Source of the DNA: a virus
Taxonomy: Duplodnaviria > Heunggongvirae > Uroviricota > Caudoviricetes
Direction: 5' to 3' (one strand)
Virus record (IMG/VR): IMGVR_UViG_3300027861_000012
Coordinates: 96,380-160,379 of that record
Length of the DNA: 64,000 nt
Shown here: piece by piece, positions 21,643 to 31,241 of the stretch
How the letters are laid out: each line of letters opens with the position of its first letter
Position numbering within the stretch: position 1 is the stretch's first letter
Made by a program: the position numbers and the translations under genes
The notes under the pieces: generated by a model
Told to the model about the DNA's origin: nothing
The model's database searches: none
Seen by the model: only the letters and a program-made list of their open reading frames with translations

Positions 21643-22719
21643 TTATCCGACTTTAACGCCAAACTGGGCTGCATTAAACCCAGCCTCTGTCCAGGCAGCC
21701 GCCGTGTTGGGGTCCTGTAACATCCGGCGGTGAAATGTTGTGTATGCAGTATCCGTGACGGCTTCAGTTGATCCATCACTGTGGGTCGCGCCCGACTGGC
21801 AAGTAAGGACCAAAGATTCTGATCCGGCAACAGACAGGGCTGCTTGGGTCCAAATGTCAACCAGCATCACGTCTCCAATGGTGGCCGGTAAGTCACTGTA
21901 ATCATACAGGTCTTCGTTACCCGCGAGGCTGTCATAGACATAGTCGGTCCCATCATTGCCACCATCTTCGTCGATGTTCGCATAATGTGAACCGGCCGGT
22001 TGAGCCGACCAATCAAGCTGTGCCGTATCTGCACTTGGTGTTAGTCCGAGTACCGTGTGTTGGTGTCCCAGGAAATCATCGAACGACCCACCGAGATCAT
22101 CGCAGATATAGACATCATCGATTTTCATGTTGTATTTGGCATTGAGAAAAATGTGCTTGGCAACATCACCGTCACCAGAGAAGTCAGTATCAAGTCCGCT
22201 ACCGCTCATTATAGTGAGGCCATTGACACGAACCTCATAGCTCCCCACAGTGGCATCAATGGTATACTTGAACTCAACAAAATTCCAAACACCAGTCCTG
22301 AATGTCCCTGGGAGTGATTCCTGATGCAGATAGGCTCCACCATCCCAAAAGCCTATCCACACCCCTATGCTGTCGGTATGCCCCAATCGCAATGTGATTT
22401 GAGAAGCCTCAACGTCCGACTGCGCGGAATACATGTACCGCCAATTGTCATCATAGGTACTGTCCGTTGGTAGTAAAACGGCAAACCCGATGATCCATGT
22501 CTGTTTTGGGTCCCCGACAAAATGCTTGCCCACAAAGCTGTAGCCGTTGGGTGATAAATTCAAACATGCACCGAATCCATTACGGCCCGGTACAGTGATG
22601 TACGAATAGGTGTCGCCGTCAGCATCTGTCCAGATTTGCTCTAAGTCGGTCTCAAGGTTGACACCAGTGATGCCACCCGAGCCGTATGTTTCAAAACCAT
22701 CAAGGAGTAAAAGAGCCAT
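21643..22719 (-). CDS. Tail-associated concanavalin-A/LamG-like protein, paralog 1 (358 aa)
   Basis: MALLLLDGFETYG...WNFVEFK...YEVRVNG...IDDVYICD...DPNTAAAWTEAGFNAAQFGVKV. Confidence 0.7.
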   Translation of the reverse strand: MALLLLDGFETYGSGGITGVNLETDLEQIWTDADGDTYSYITVPGRNGFGACLNLSPNGYSFVGKHFVGDPKQTWIIGFAVLLPTDSTYDDNWRYMYSAQSDVEASQITLRLGHTDSIGVWIGFWDGGAYLHQESLPGTFRTGVWNFVEFKYTIDATVGSYEVRVNGLTIMSGSGLDTDFSGDGDVAKHIFLNAKYNMKIDDVYICDDLGGSFDDFLGHQHTVLGLTPSADTAQLDWSAQPAGSHYANIDEDGGNDGTDYVYDSLAGNEDLYDYSDLPATIGDVMLVDIWTQAALSVAGSESLVLTCQSGATHSDGSTEAVTDTAYTTFHRRMLQDPNTAAAWTEAGFNAAQFGVKVG

Positions 22720-22730
22720 AGTCTACCTTG

Positions 22731-22774
22731 AAAGAAAAAGAACCGAATGGCAGCATCATGCTGCCATTCGGGTT
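22731..22774 (-). terminator. Intrinsic terminator
   Basis: Perfect 14-bp inverted repeat CCGAATGGCAGCAT/ATGCTGCCATTCGG (22743-22771) followed on the minus strand by TTCTTTTTCTTT. Confidence 0.8.
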
Positions 22775-22784
22775 GGCGAGGAAA

Positions 22785-23405
22785 TCACGCAGAGACAGTG
22801 TACGTGACCTTCAGTTGGTCACCACTTTGCACTGCAACGTCACCGCTACCAAAGTTGGCAGTGGCCCAAAGAATACCATCGGCCCCGTGGTCGTCCTTCG
22901 TCATGGCAGCCGCACCGAGGCCAACCACGAAGATACCCTTGACAGTACCTGAGCCGGTGATGTTGAAGATGGCAACTGACGAGTTCGTAATCGAAGCCGC
23001 TGAAGCTGCATCTTCCGGCCATTCCGGTCGAGTCGTGGTATTGTCAGAATTGTTACCGTCCGTGTAGGAAGTGAACTCCATCCAGTTGTTTGGATTGTCG
23101 ATCGTGGTGTACTGACCGATCCAATCATACTCGTCCACAGTCGTAACGTAAGCACCGAAGCTCGCGTTATCGACCAAGCCGATGTACCAAGTACTCGCAG
23201 CCGATGTACCATGGAACATCACGTCCAGCAAGAAGGTCTTACCTTCTGTGACAATGTCATTGGGGAAATCGTATTCGCCAATGACCTGGCCGTCACGCAG
23301 ATGCTCGACTACCAAACGCCCACCAAGAGGCAACTGTGCCTTCGGATGTTGGGGGGCCTTGTCGAGTGTCAAAGCGGCAGCCTGGTTCAGTTTCATCGTG
23401 TTCAT
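22785..23405 (-). CDS. Minor tail / tail-tip-associated structural protein (206 aa)
   Basis: SD TAAGGAG before ATG 23405; directly after tape measure; WYIGLVD, RPEW..AASAASITNSS..FNITGSGTVKGIF, GILWATANF pattern typical of phage tail-tip proteins. Confidence 0.55.
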   Translation of the reverse strand: MNTMKLNQAAALTLDKAPQHPKAQLPLGGRLVVEHLRDGQVIGEYDFPNDIVTEGKTFLLDVMFHGTSAASTWYIGLVDNASFGAYVTTVDEYDWIGQYTTIDNPNNWMEFTSYTDGNNSDNTTTRPEWPEDAASAASITNSSVAIFNITGSGTVKGIFVVGLGAAAMTKDDHGADGILWATANFGSGDVAVQSGDQLKVTYTVSA

Positions 23406-23434
23406 AGTAGAACTCCTTAAAAAAGTTGTGGGCA

Positions 23435-26400
23435 TTAGCCCAGGGTAGATGATCGTCTTCGCAACTCACGGCGAACACGGGTAACAATGTTTCTCGCAGA
23501 CTCACGGTCGGTGGTACCACCTGTAACAGAGATATTGATATCACCTACGTTGGTGACAGGCCCGCCCTCTGATCGATAAATCGGCTGACGGCCGGAATTC
23601 ATCGCCACAAGCTGCGAGTAGAACTTCCTTGTGGAACGGGCATTGACTACATATTCACCCGGCGACAACATCGCCGGTACGGTATCTGTACCTTTTCGTG
23701 CAAAACCACCATTGGCAAAATAGCTGATCATACCGCCCTTGGATTGATTAACGGTGGCAGCGCCAGGGGTTGGGATGTCAGGTTGCTGTAGTCTGGAGGC
23801 TTTCTCCATCCAGTTATGAAAACCCTCGGCCGCAGTTTCACCACGCTCCATACCACCTGCCAGCGTGACAGACTGAGTAGCAACGGTGGTCATAGGTTTT
23901 GTTGAGTCTACCATAGCTGTCTTAAAGACACCCCCGCTATCAGCGGCTAGCTTCCATTTTGCCTTGGCTGTGGTAGAGTATGTCTGGATTTTCTCCATGT
24001 TGGTTTCGACGGTAGCCCATTTTTCTACATCGTTGTTCTCATTGAGCTTTGTGAGATTTTGGAAAATGGCATTGAAACCATCATATGCTGATGTCAGATC
24101 GGTGATTATCTTATCTAACGGGACCGTCTCAAAATCGAACATACTAGGGCCAGTCGGAACATACAGACTGGGAGTATCCGAACCTGTTGCGTCCTTTACA
24201 GCAGTCCGCCATTCAGATACCATATCCAAAAGCTCTTTCAGATTCTCCTTGTATACCCGTATCTGGTCTTTGCCTTCCTTGGACCAAAACTCAATCGGTT
24301 TTTCCTCAGCCTGTTTTTGTATCGAGGTATACTGCGATTTTGATTGAGACAACTTTTCAATGATTGCATTGATCGCGGGGCTAGTGTTCCCAGTATTCTT
24401 TTCGAGCTTGCCCATTTCCTTGTCAAGAGAATCATAGAACTTACCCATTTCCCCAATGGCGACTTTTGTCTTCCCCGTGATGCCAGCTTGTATGCCTATG
24501 AATTTCTTCCCGGAGCCTTCATACTCGGCTTCAATTTGAGTCAAAGCATCTTTGTATTGGTTGAGAAAATTAGCCGGGTCCCACTTGATTGGCTCTTTCC
24601 CAAGTGCGGCAAATATCTCATCAACCATTGTCCGCATCTCTGCGGGAACCTCTCGGAATGCAGCTTCTATGTTGGTTTTGAATTGGGCCTCATCTGCATT
24701 CAATTCTGCATTGATACTTACCGCATATTTGTCGGCGAACTGATCCAAAGATGACTGGAAACCCTCAATAGTATCGAAACCGATATCCACGGACTTAGAC
24801 AACGTTATCAGTCCTTTGAGGGCTGTACGCGCAGCTTCTAAATCGGTAGCTTTTTGTGCCGAAGTTTTGGCCACCCCGTCCTCAGTGGCTGCGAAACCCT
24901 TCCTGACTACATCAGCCAACTTTATGGCCTTCTGCAACTTTTGGTAGGTCTCATCGTAATTCATCTTGACCGGCTCTTTGAAAACCTCACGCAGAGATTT
25001 AACGGCCTTGACAAACGCTGCGGTTTGCTTTTCCATAGCTGCATTGTTGGCATCAATCAGTTTCTGGGATTCTGCTGCGGCTTTCTCTTCAAATTTGGCC
25101 CGCTTCTCAGCCTCGGCAGCCATGTCCAAATCTTTTTGCTGCTCCATGATGTTCAGAAGCGTTTTACCAGCCTTGTTGGCAGTCCACATGGACCCCGCTG
25201 ATTGGGCCATAGACATGGCGCGTCGTGCCTCTGCCGCCGCCAAATCCAGGGATGCTTTTTTAGACTCGGCCGTACCGCCTCTTGGATCGGCTAGCTGTTG
25301 AGCGTTTTTAAGGATCTTGTTTGCCTTGTAGACACCATCCTTCAATCTGGATATACTTTGATTGAATCTTTCCTGACCAATTGCTATGTCCCAGTTAGCT
25401 GATGTAGTGGCTGCTTGTCGTGCTAGCTCATGACGTTTCTCGCTGTGCTTTTCGCGTAGATCCTCGACTTTTTTGTCCAGTTTTATTCGTAAATCTGTCG
25501 CTTTCTTGGCTTGATCCATAACTTTGGAGCCAGAGACTGTGAGCGCTTTTTGTCGCTTGGCCTGGCTTTGCCGTTCCATTTGATCAATATGATCCACTGC
25601 CTTCTTCCAGGCATTTACGTACCGGTCCAGCATATGGTCTGCGGAATCGGCACGTAGCTTGTTATCAATCTTGTAGTCTTCGGCAGTATTGTTTTGTACC
25701 TTTTGCAATGTAGAGAATGCTTTAATTCCAGCCGCAGTCATCGCCTTTAGCCCTTTGGCCCATTCTTCGGCTATTTCAGCGGCCTTTTTCCGAACGGCCT
25801 CCATTTCTTTCTCAATAAGATCATTCACTTCTTTACGTAGGCGTCTAGCTGCTTGCGCTGATGACTCAAATGAGTCAGCAATTTGAAGACCAAGGAAAAC
25901 CCCTATCCCTAAGCCTATTGCGATGGGTCCCAATACCGCTAGGATTGCTGCCCCTGCTGTTGCCGTGGTAGTTGCTGCTACGGCTGTCGTCGCCGATGAC
26001 GCAGCTACTGCCGCTGCTGGCCCCACTGTTGCAGCCGTTGACGCTGCCGTGGCACCTGCTGCCGTGGCAGTAACAGCGGATGCACCCGCAATTGTGGTTG
26101 ATGCTGTGGCCCACCCGGCTACCATTATACCAAGTTTGGCAGCAACAAGTATATTGGCAACGAGAACGACTCCCTTTAATGCGTTCTTTATCGCATCAGC
26201 GTTGTCCGCAATGGTAGCCAATCCCTGTGTAAGGGTAGTGAACAGCGGCAATAACTCTTGGCCAAGCTCCATCATGGCCGTTCTCAAGTTGTTCATTGCC
26301 GTTTCAGCTTTTTTGGCATCCGTAGCCATCACACTCATAAACGGATCTTCGATAGCCTGCTCGGCAAGGATCTTTTCCATATTGATTGCAAAGCGTTTGG

Positions 26401-27751
26401 CATTATCCCCAGCCAAACCTAAAACACCCGCCACGGCCCGTACACGATTGAAGAACTCAGACATCTGTTGTGTGCTGCCATTAGCCTCTTTGCTTAATTC
26501 TGCAAGCAACCCCCTGAGCCCACCAAACATTCTCAATGCTTCTTGTGCATTCTCGACGCCCCAACGTTCTTGGAATATCTTTGTCAATTCCGTTGAGGGT
26601 TTCAACAGCTTGATCATGATAGCACGTAACTGGGTGACGGCAGTATCAGCTTTCACACCCGTAACGGTCATGGTTGCTAGAGCAGCCGACATCTCCTCAA
26701 TACTTCCCCCCATCTGTGAGTACAGCGGGGCAATACGACCAAGAATGTTAGCGAGTTCACTAGCACGCAAACGACCTTGTTTGATCGTTGTGAACAAAAT
26801 GCCAGAAACACGTTCGGCATGATCGGCCGACAACCCAAACCCATTGAGAGCGGCTGTCAGAAGGGCAACTGCATCGGCTGTAGAGGTATTGGTTGCTACG
26901 GCTAACTTGTTGGCTTGGATAAATGCATGGAGTGACTCTTCGGCATTACCAACCTGGTTTGAGATTGTTTGGTATAAACCTTCAGCCACATCGGCTGCCG
27001 GGCGACCAAATTCTTTGGCAATCTTGATTACCTCAGCACTGATGTTTTGCAACCCGCCCAGTTGGCCTTCAGCAATGGTGCCGATTTCAGCAATACGCAA
27101 GCCAAACTCAATAGCATCGCTGATGGCCTGCCGCAATGCGGCTCTAATCAGAGAGAGTGCGCGCACAATGGCTTGAGTTGCAACTACACGAACCATTGTT
27201 TGCCATGAAACTGTGAAGGTCCCAATGCCCTTGGTCATGCTTTTACTGGCAGCATTCACGGTGTTGGCAGCCGTTTGCATCTTGTTGGCCATCATTCGAT
27301 TCTGGCCACTCAGATTCGTTGCAGATTTAGTCCAGGCAGCATCCACTGACTTCAATGACATCTTTGTTTTTTGGGCATACTCAGACGCTGCCATCACGGC
27401 GTTTTGATAAGCACGCTTTTGTTTGCGAGTGGCCGACTCTGTCGCTTCGCCTACATGCTTTCGCACGGCCATTTCGTATTCACGGAGGGTGGGCAACGCC
27501 TTTTTCAATTCATCAGCAGCCGCCTTGGCTCCAGTACCACCGCCTGCACCTTTTGCGCCTCCGAAAGTGATCCCACCGGCCACAGACTTCAAGGCATTCA
27601 TCTTGCGAGTGACATCATTGACATACCGCGATATGTTGGCTTTGTTTGTTGCCAAAGCTTTGTCAAATGAGTCAAAGGCTGTATTGACGGAACTGATAGC
27701 CGCGAGGGCATCGCTCACATCAAAGCCAAGTTTTTGGTTGATTTCAGACAT
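23435..27751 (-). CDS. Tail tape measure protein (1438 aa)
   Basis: Ala/Lys-rich helical protein with TP901-type core (AEGLYQTISN, LTAALNGFGL, ELANILGRIAP), hydrophobic central stretch and C-terminal FANGG...DTVPAMLSPGEYVVNA; follows the tail chaperone. Confidence 0.93.
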   Translation of the reverse strand: MSEINQKLGFDVSDALAAISSVNTAFDSFDKALATNKANISRYVNDVTRKMNALKSVAGGITFGGAKGAGGGTGAKAAADELKKALPTLREYEMAVRKHVGEATESATRKQKRAYQNAVMAASEYAQKTKMSLKSVDAAWTKSATNLSGQNRMMANKMQTAANTVNAASKSMTKGIGTFTVSWQTMVRVVATQAIVRALSLIRAALRQAISDAIEFGLRIAEIGTIAEGQLGGLQNISAEVIKIAKEFGRPAADVAEGLYQTISNQVGNAEESLHAFIQANKLAVATNTSTADAVALLTAALNGFGLSADHAERVSGILFTTIKQGRLRASELANILGRIAPLYSQMGGSIEEMSAALATMTVTGVKADTAVTQLRAIMIKLLKPSTELTKIFQERWGVENAQEALRMFGGLRGLLAELSKEANGSTQQMSEFFNRVRAVAGVLGLAGDNAKRFAINMEKILAEQAIEDPFMSVMATDAKKAETAMNNLRTAMMELGQELLPLFTTLTQGLATIADNADAIKNALKGVVLVANILVAAKLGIMVAGWATASTTIAGASAVTATAAGATAASTAATVGPAAAVAASSATTAVAATTTATAGAAILAVLGPIAIGLGIGVFLGLQIADSFESSAQAARRLRKEVNDLIEKEMEAVRKKAAEIAEEWAKGLKAMTAAGIKAFSTLQKVQNNTAEDYKIDNKLRADSADHMLDRYVNAWKKAVDHIDQMERQSQAKRQKALTVSGSKVMDQAKKATDLRIKLDKKVEDLREKHSEKRHELARQAATTSANWDIAIGQERFNQSISRLKDGVYKANKILKNAQQLADPRGGTAESKKASLDLAAAEARRAMSMAQSAGSMWTANKAGKTLLNIMEQQKDLDMAAEAEKRAKFEEKAAAESQKLIDANNAAMEKQTAAFVKAVKSLREVFKEPVKMNYDETYQKLQKAIKLADVVRKGFAATEDGVAKTSAQKATDLEAARTALKGLITLSKSVDIGFDTIEGFQSSLDQFADKYAVSINAELNADEAQFKTNIEAAFREVPAEMRTMVDEIFAALGKEPIKWDPANFLNQYKDALTQIEAEYEGSGKKFIGIQAGITGKTKVAIGEMGKFYDSLDKEMGKLEKNTGNTSPAINAIIEKLSQSKSQYTSIQKQAEEKPIEFWSKEGKDQIRVYKENLKELLDMVSEWRTAVKDATGSDTPSLYVPTGPSMFDFETVPLDKIITDLTSAYDGFNAIFQNLTKLNENNDVEKWATVETNMEKIQTYSTTAKAKWKLAADSGGVFKTAMVDSTKPMTTVATQSVTLAGGMERGETAAEGFHNWMEKASRLQQPDIPTPGAATVNQSKGGMISYFANGGFARKGTDTVPAMLSPGEYVVNARSTRKFYSQLVAMNSGRQPIYRSEGGPVTNVGDINISVTGGTTDRESARNIVTRVRRELRRRSSTLG

Positions 27752-28254
27752 TAGATTCGTTTCGTTACAAGTTGCTTCATCGGATTAGGGAGGTGAACGC
27801 TCTCAGAAAAGAATCGAAAAAGAGTTTGGCCCGCGTTCTGAAAATGATACGGACCTGGCTTGCGAAGTCTGGAGAAAACTGTGGGGTCACCTTCAGCGTT
27901 GGCATCATGTAACTCGTTGTATACCAAGTGGGCCAAATTAGTTGAATACTTGAAGTAGTATTTCCCGCTAGCAGCATCAGCAACAAGAATCCCGGTACTT
28001 GATCCTGTGGCCTCAGTTCGTCCACTCCTGTTAAAAGAGGACGCAGTTGCGATGGGCCAGGCCATACCAACCTCGCGTGCTAGTTCAGAAAATGTCCTAC
28101 GGGAAGCTCCACTCCATACTGGTATGATCGCGGCTGCGGAGTGCAGCCATAGTTTTGCCGCATCCTTGATAGCCCCTGAAAAATACTGATGCAATACAGA
28201 TCGGTACTTGGCCATGTCGATTCTTATCGATTTGTATTGAACATCAGCTTTCAT
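27751..28254 (-). CDS. Putative tail-completion protein (HK97 gp10-like, tentative), 167 aa
   Basis: ATGA-coupled to the chaperone extension; IPVWSGASR motif resembles gp10-like PVxTGxLR; lies between chaperone and tape measure. Confidence 0.4.
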   Translation of the reverse strand: MKADVQYKSIRIDMAKYRSVLHQYFSGAIKDAAKLWLHSAAAIIPVWSGASRRTFSELAREVGMAWPIATASSFNRSGRTEATGSSTGILVADAASGKYYFKYSTNLAHLVYNELHDANAEGDPTVFSRLRKPGPYHFQNAGQTLFRFFSESVHLPNPMKQLVTKRI

Positions 28255-28481
28255 TTTACACCGATTCCGGCCGTGGCTTTCACGATTTCCATTTCTTCGT
28301 GCTCCATCACTTGATCAAATGCTAGCATCCGTGCTTGTGTCCAGACATCAATGTCGTCCCAGTCGGCCTTTATGCCAGAAGGTTTTACTCCGAAGCGGGC
28401 ACAGGCTCTCCAGATGGCGTACTCTCCGGTTCTTCCTGGTGGCCAGAGGTGGCTTTTGCTTGTTCCTCCAGCCCACGTACA
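28251..28481 (-). CDS. -1 frameshift extension of tail assembly chaperone (G-T-like, about 221 aa fused)
   Basis: -1 frame reads CTWAGGTSKSHLWPPGRTGEYAIWRACARFGVKPSGIKADWDDIDVWTQARMLAFDQVMEHEEMEIVKATAGIGVK*; its TGA (28251-28253) overlaps the next ATG (ATGA). Confidence 0.75.
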   Translation of the reverse strand, partial: CTWAGGTSKSHLWPPGRTGEYAIWRACARFGVKPSGIKADWDDIDVWTQARMLAFDQVMEHEEMEIVKATAGIGVK

Positions 28482-28915
28482 AAAGTTGCCCGCGCCTCTT
28501 TCAGCATGTCTTCGTCCAACGCATTGGCTCGCATCACTGTCTGGATGATCCGGTTGACCTCAATTTGTGTCAAACCAGCTTCCTTGAGTTCAGCTTGCCA
28601 GTGTCGCCAGGTTTTGGGGTTGTCGATATCAACTTTTGCCCACTCAACTTCGCTGGGCTCCAGTGATATGATCACCATGTAAGCCAACCGTTGTTCACTG
28701 TGGTGCTCCATCATCTTCTTGAAGTTGTCATCGTCCTTGTTCGGAACAAACCCGTCCTTTGTCAGCCTACCGGGTGGCTTTGGTTCAGGGCAGATTTTCT
28801 CGAATGGGTCCATGTCCGCCACGGCTCGTGCGCGGAATACAACTTGATCTTCGCCTCGTGGCAGGACCAGCAATTCCTCATGTGGCCCACTGATTTCTTT
28901 TCCACCGATTTTCAT
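28385..28915 (-). CDS. Tail assembly chaperone (176 aa)
   Basis: Position between major tail protein and tape measure; acidic helical protein; overlapping open -1 frame. Confidence 0.8.
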   Translation of the reverse strand: MKIGGKEISGPHEELLVLPRGEDQVVFRARAVADMDPFEKICPEPKPPGRLTKDGFVPNKDDDNFKKMMEHHSEQRLAYMVIISLEPSEVEWAKVDIDNPKTWRHWQAELKEAGLTQIEVNRIIQTVMRANALDEDMLKEARATFVRGLEEQAKATSGHQEEPESTPSGEPVPASE

Positions 28916-28984
28916 GATTTTACCTCGCTAAAGGAAAGAGAAAGTAAGTGAGGTAGGTCGGTCCTACCCCACTTACAGGATTGA

Positions 28985-29722
28985 TTACTGGTCTTGTCGG
29001 CTGTGATCAGCTTCCGTGATGTTACAGCGTCCACCAGTTGAAATTGTCGCGTCACCCAGATTGAATTCCAGCGACTCATATCGGAAGTCCGACAAAGTGG
29101 TAACTTCCGTCTGGGCCCCACCGCACGGCGGGATATGCTCAACTTCCATGTCCAACGCAAACGGTTCGCAGGGGTCAGCCGCAGCCGAGACCCATTCCGC
29201 AGCACCGTTCTTACGCTTGAGGGCATCCACAGGCGTAATAGCTTCGTTTGTGCCGGATGTGACAAACTCATACACAAAGTCCAGGCTCACGTCTACCGGT
29301 TGCTCGTCGCCTTCTCGTACAGTGTCAAGCGACCCGCGATCCAGCAGGTATTCGTATTCCTTGGCTTCAGTGTAGGTCAAGTTGCCATCACCGATCTTGA
29401 TCTCAATTTGCTGTGGCATGAAGGTCAACACAGCATCATCGACGGGGGCGGTACCCCAGGCCGGGGTGAAATCAACACTGGTTGTCGGGCTCGCACTGGC
29501 AGGGGTCCGTGCTGTGACCGTATAGACTTGGTCAGCGGCAGCACCGACACAAGTGAAACGGGCACCAACAGGAATCATTTCGGTGTCAGCAGAGTTCAAC
29601 ACCAATGAGTCAACACCAACTGTGGTGTCCAAAATATCCGGGGTGGGCTCATTCAGCGCACCCGAACCGCTGAGTCCATCCTTCAGCCGGATGGTGGCAT
29701 CGCGTAGTTCGATTCGTGCCAT
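28985..29722 (-). CDS. Major tail (tube) protein with inserted beta-barrel module (245 aa)
   Basis: SD AGGAG; IEIKIGDGNLTYTE, VDVSLDFVYE, FRYESLEFN..ATISTGGRC tube-like motifs; canonical position. Confidence 0.8.
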   Translation of the reverse strand: MARIELRDATIRLKDGLSGSGALNEPTPDILDTTVGVDSLVLNSADTEMIPVGARFTCVGAAADQVYTVTARTPASASPTTSVDFTPAWGTAPVDDAVLTFMPQQIEIKIGDGNLTYTEAKEYEYLLDRGSLDTVREGDEQPVDVSLDFVYEFVTSGTNEAITPVDALKRKNGAAEWVSAAADPCEPFALDMEVEHIPPCGGAQTEVTTLSDFRYESLEFNLGDATISTGGRCNITEADHSRQDQ

Positions 29723-29804
29723 TGTGGTTATCTCCTAATCAAAAGGAACCGGTTCTAATTCAGGTGTGTACATCACCTATAGGCTTCTCGGAACACTCCG
29801 AGTA

Positions 29805-30296
29805 TCAAGCCTCAACTTGGAGGTCCATGTAAAACATGGCATCGACAGCAATCTGTCGAAGTTCTTCAGTACGTCCAATCTGGCCAAATTGCCAGACTTT
29901 AACACTGTCTCCTTTATTGCTGCGGGGCACCAAGCACCCCAGCAATGTTTTGTCATCTTCAGGGCCGTTTCCGGAACGAAACACTTCAATCTCTTCACCA
30001 AGAGCAACTTGAAATTCTCCGGCCCAACGATCTGGGTCAAACATATTTTTGTTGCCCGTCATATTGAACGTAAGCAGGATATTGACCCCGACTGTCAGTT
30101 CGTACATACGCGGGCTTTGTTCTTTCGCCCATGGCCCATTCAAACGGAATTCTGCTCGATCATTCTCCATAATCTCCGGAGTACGCATATCGATTCCTTC
30201 AATCAGAATCGGAAGCGATAAACCTTGAGCCACTTGTCTGCAATACTTTGCAGCAGAACTCAGAATCCATCGTGGCCAATTAGGGTTGGATGCCAT
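29805..30296 (-). CDS. Tail terminator-like protein (163 aa)
   Basis: Size and position just before the major tail protein; TGATG coupling. Confidence 0.55.
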   Translation of the reverse strand: MASNPNWPRWILSSAAKYCRQVAQGLSLPILIEGIDMRTPEIMENDRAEFRLNGPWAKEQSPRMYELTVGVNILLTFNMTGNKNMFDPDRWAGEFQVALGEEIEVFRSGNGPEDDKTLLGCLVPRSNKGDSVKVWQFGQIGRTEELRQIAVDAMFYMDLQVEA

Positions 30297-30808
30297 CAGC
30301 TTTGCTCACTTACACCATTGAGATCAAGGTAACTGTCCGTTACCAGTGGGAAGATTTGTTCGTGTGTGCTGCCGTATGTCCGCTTGCCTGTAATCATCCA
30401 TGCTCCACCCAGATCAAATTCCTCAATCTGCTTGATCTCGTACCGGTGGCCCTTGTAAACGATCCAGTCATCTTCCCGTATGTCAGTGTCACCAACTTCA
30501 GGGATGTCGCGTTGATCAATGATGAACACTCGTGCTGCGCTGTCAAAGCTACCACCATAGACCATGGATTTGTTGGCCGAGATTTGAGAGATGCTCTGAA
30601 GCACTTCTCGCATGATTTTAGCTGGTAACACAATGGCACGACGAATCGGATGAACCTCTTTGGGTACAACTTTGAGTCCAGTATCCAGATCCGTCACGGC
30701 TTCCCCTGTGAGTCTGTATAGATCAATGGGCGCACCCCACTGACGCTTCAGTGAGTACATCACTTGGCGTCCGAATCGATCAATCTGTGCGTTGGGTCGT
30801 TGTGTCAT
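30296..30808 (-). CDS. Head closure / head-tail joining protein (170 aa)
   Basis: Beta-rich, DDWIVYKGHRYEIKQI motif typical of head-closure proteins; position. Confidence 0.6.
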   Translation of the reverse strand: MTQRPNAQIDRFGRQVMYSLKRQWGAPIDLYRLTGEAVTDLDTGLKVVPKEVHPIRRAIVLPAKIMREVLQSISQISANKSMVYGGSFDSAARVFIIDQRDIPEVGDTDIREDDWIVYKGHRYEIKQIEEFDLGGAWMITGKRTYGSTHEQIFPLVTDSYLDLNGVSEQS

Positions 30809-31230
30809 TTTCTTACAGTGTCGAGCTTTCGGCGGATGTCACGCAATTCGGAGTCGATGTTTACCTCAAGCTTGCTTGCAAACTTGGCCATGATGTCACA
30901 GAATCCCAGCCCGGCCTCGTGCAGAGCGATTGTGGCAAAAGGGGCATTGAGGTCACTATGCTTCTCTGCCAATTCGTGGACTTCGTCGTAGATCTTGGTG
31001 GTGAGTTCAGTCTGGGTCATTTGAACCTGCATAAGCTGGCCCTGTGTCTCGGCATTCTTTGCCATGATCCCGGCCGACTCGTCTACGAAGCGGATGTGAC
31101 GCTTACCGACTTCAGTGAGGATACCACCCTCTTTCGCAAGGAACCGCCTGAGTATCCAGGTTGCTGATAGCAAGACAAAACCAACGACTAGCCCGATGAG
31201 CCCATATTCGGTAAACAGTCCTAAGTCCAT
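30805..31230 (-). CDS. Single-TM protein with coiled-coil tail (holin-like, tentative), 141 aa
   Basis: N-terminal hydrophobic LIGLVVGFVLLSATWIL then helical region; SD AAGGAG. Confidence 0.4.
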   Translation of the reverse strand: MDLGLFTEYGLIGLVVGFVLLSATWILRRFLAKEGGILTEVGKRHIRFVDESAGIMAKNAETQGQLMQVQMTQTELTTKIYDEVHELAEKHSDLNAPFATIALHEAGLGFCDIMAKFASKLEVNIDSELRDIRRKLDTVRK

Positions 31231-31241
31231 TGTGTATCTCC

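Noticed and set aside
19549-21860. ORF-track N-terminal extensions (20646, 21860; likewise 23435, 49216, 54225, 62054, 63263)
   Set aside because: They overlap upstream genes deeply; internal ATGs with SD or stop-start overlaps and paralog alignment give better starts.
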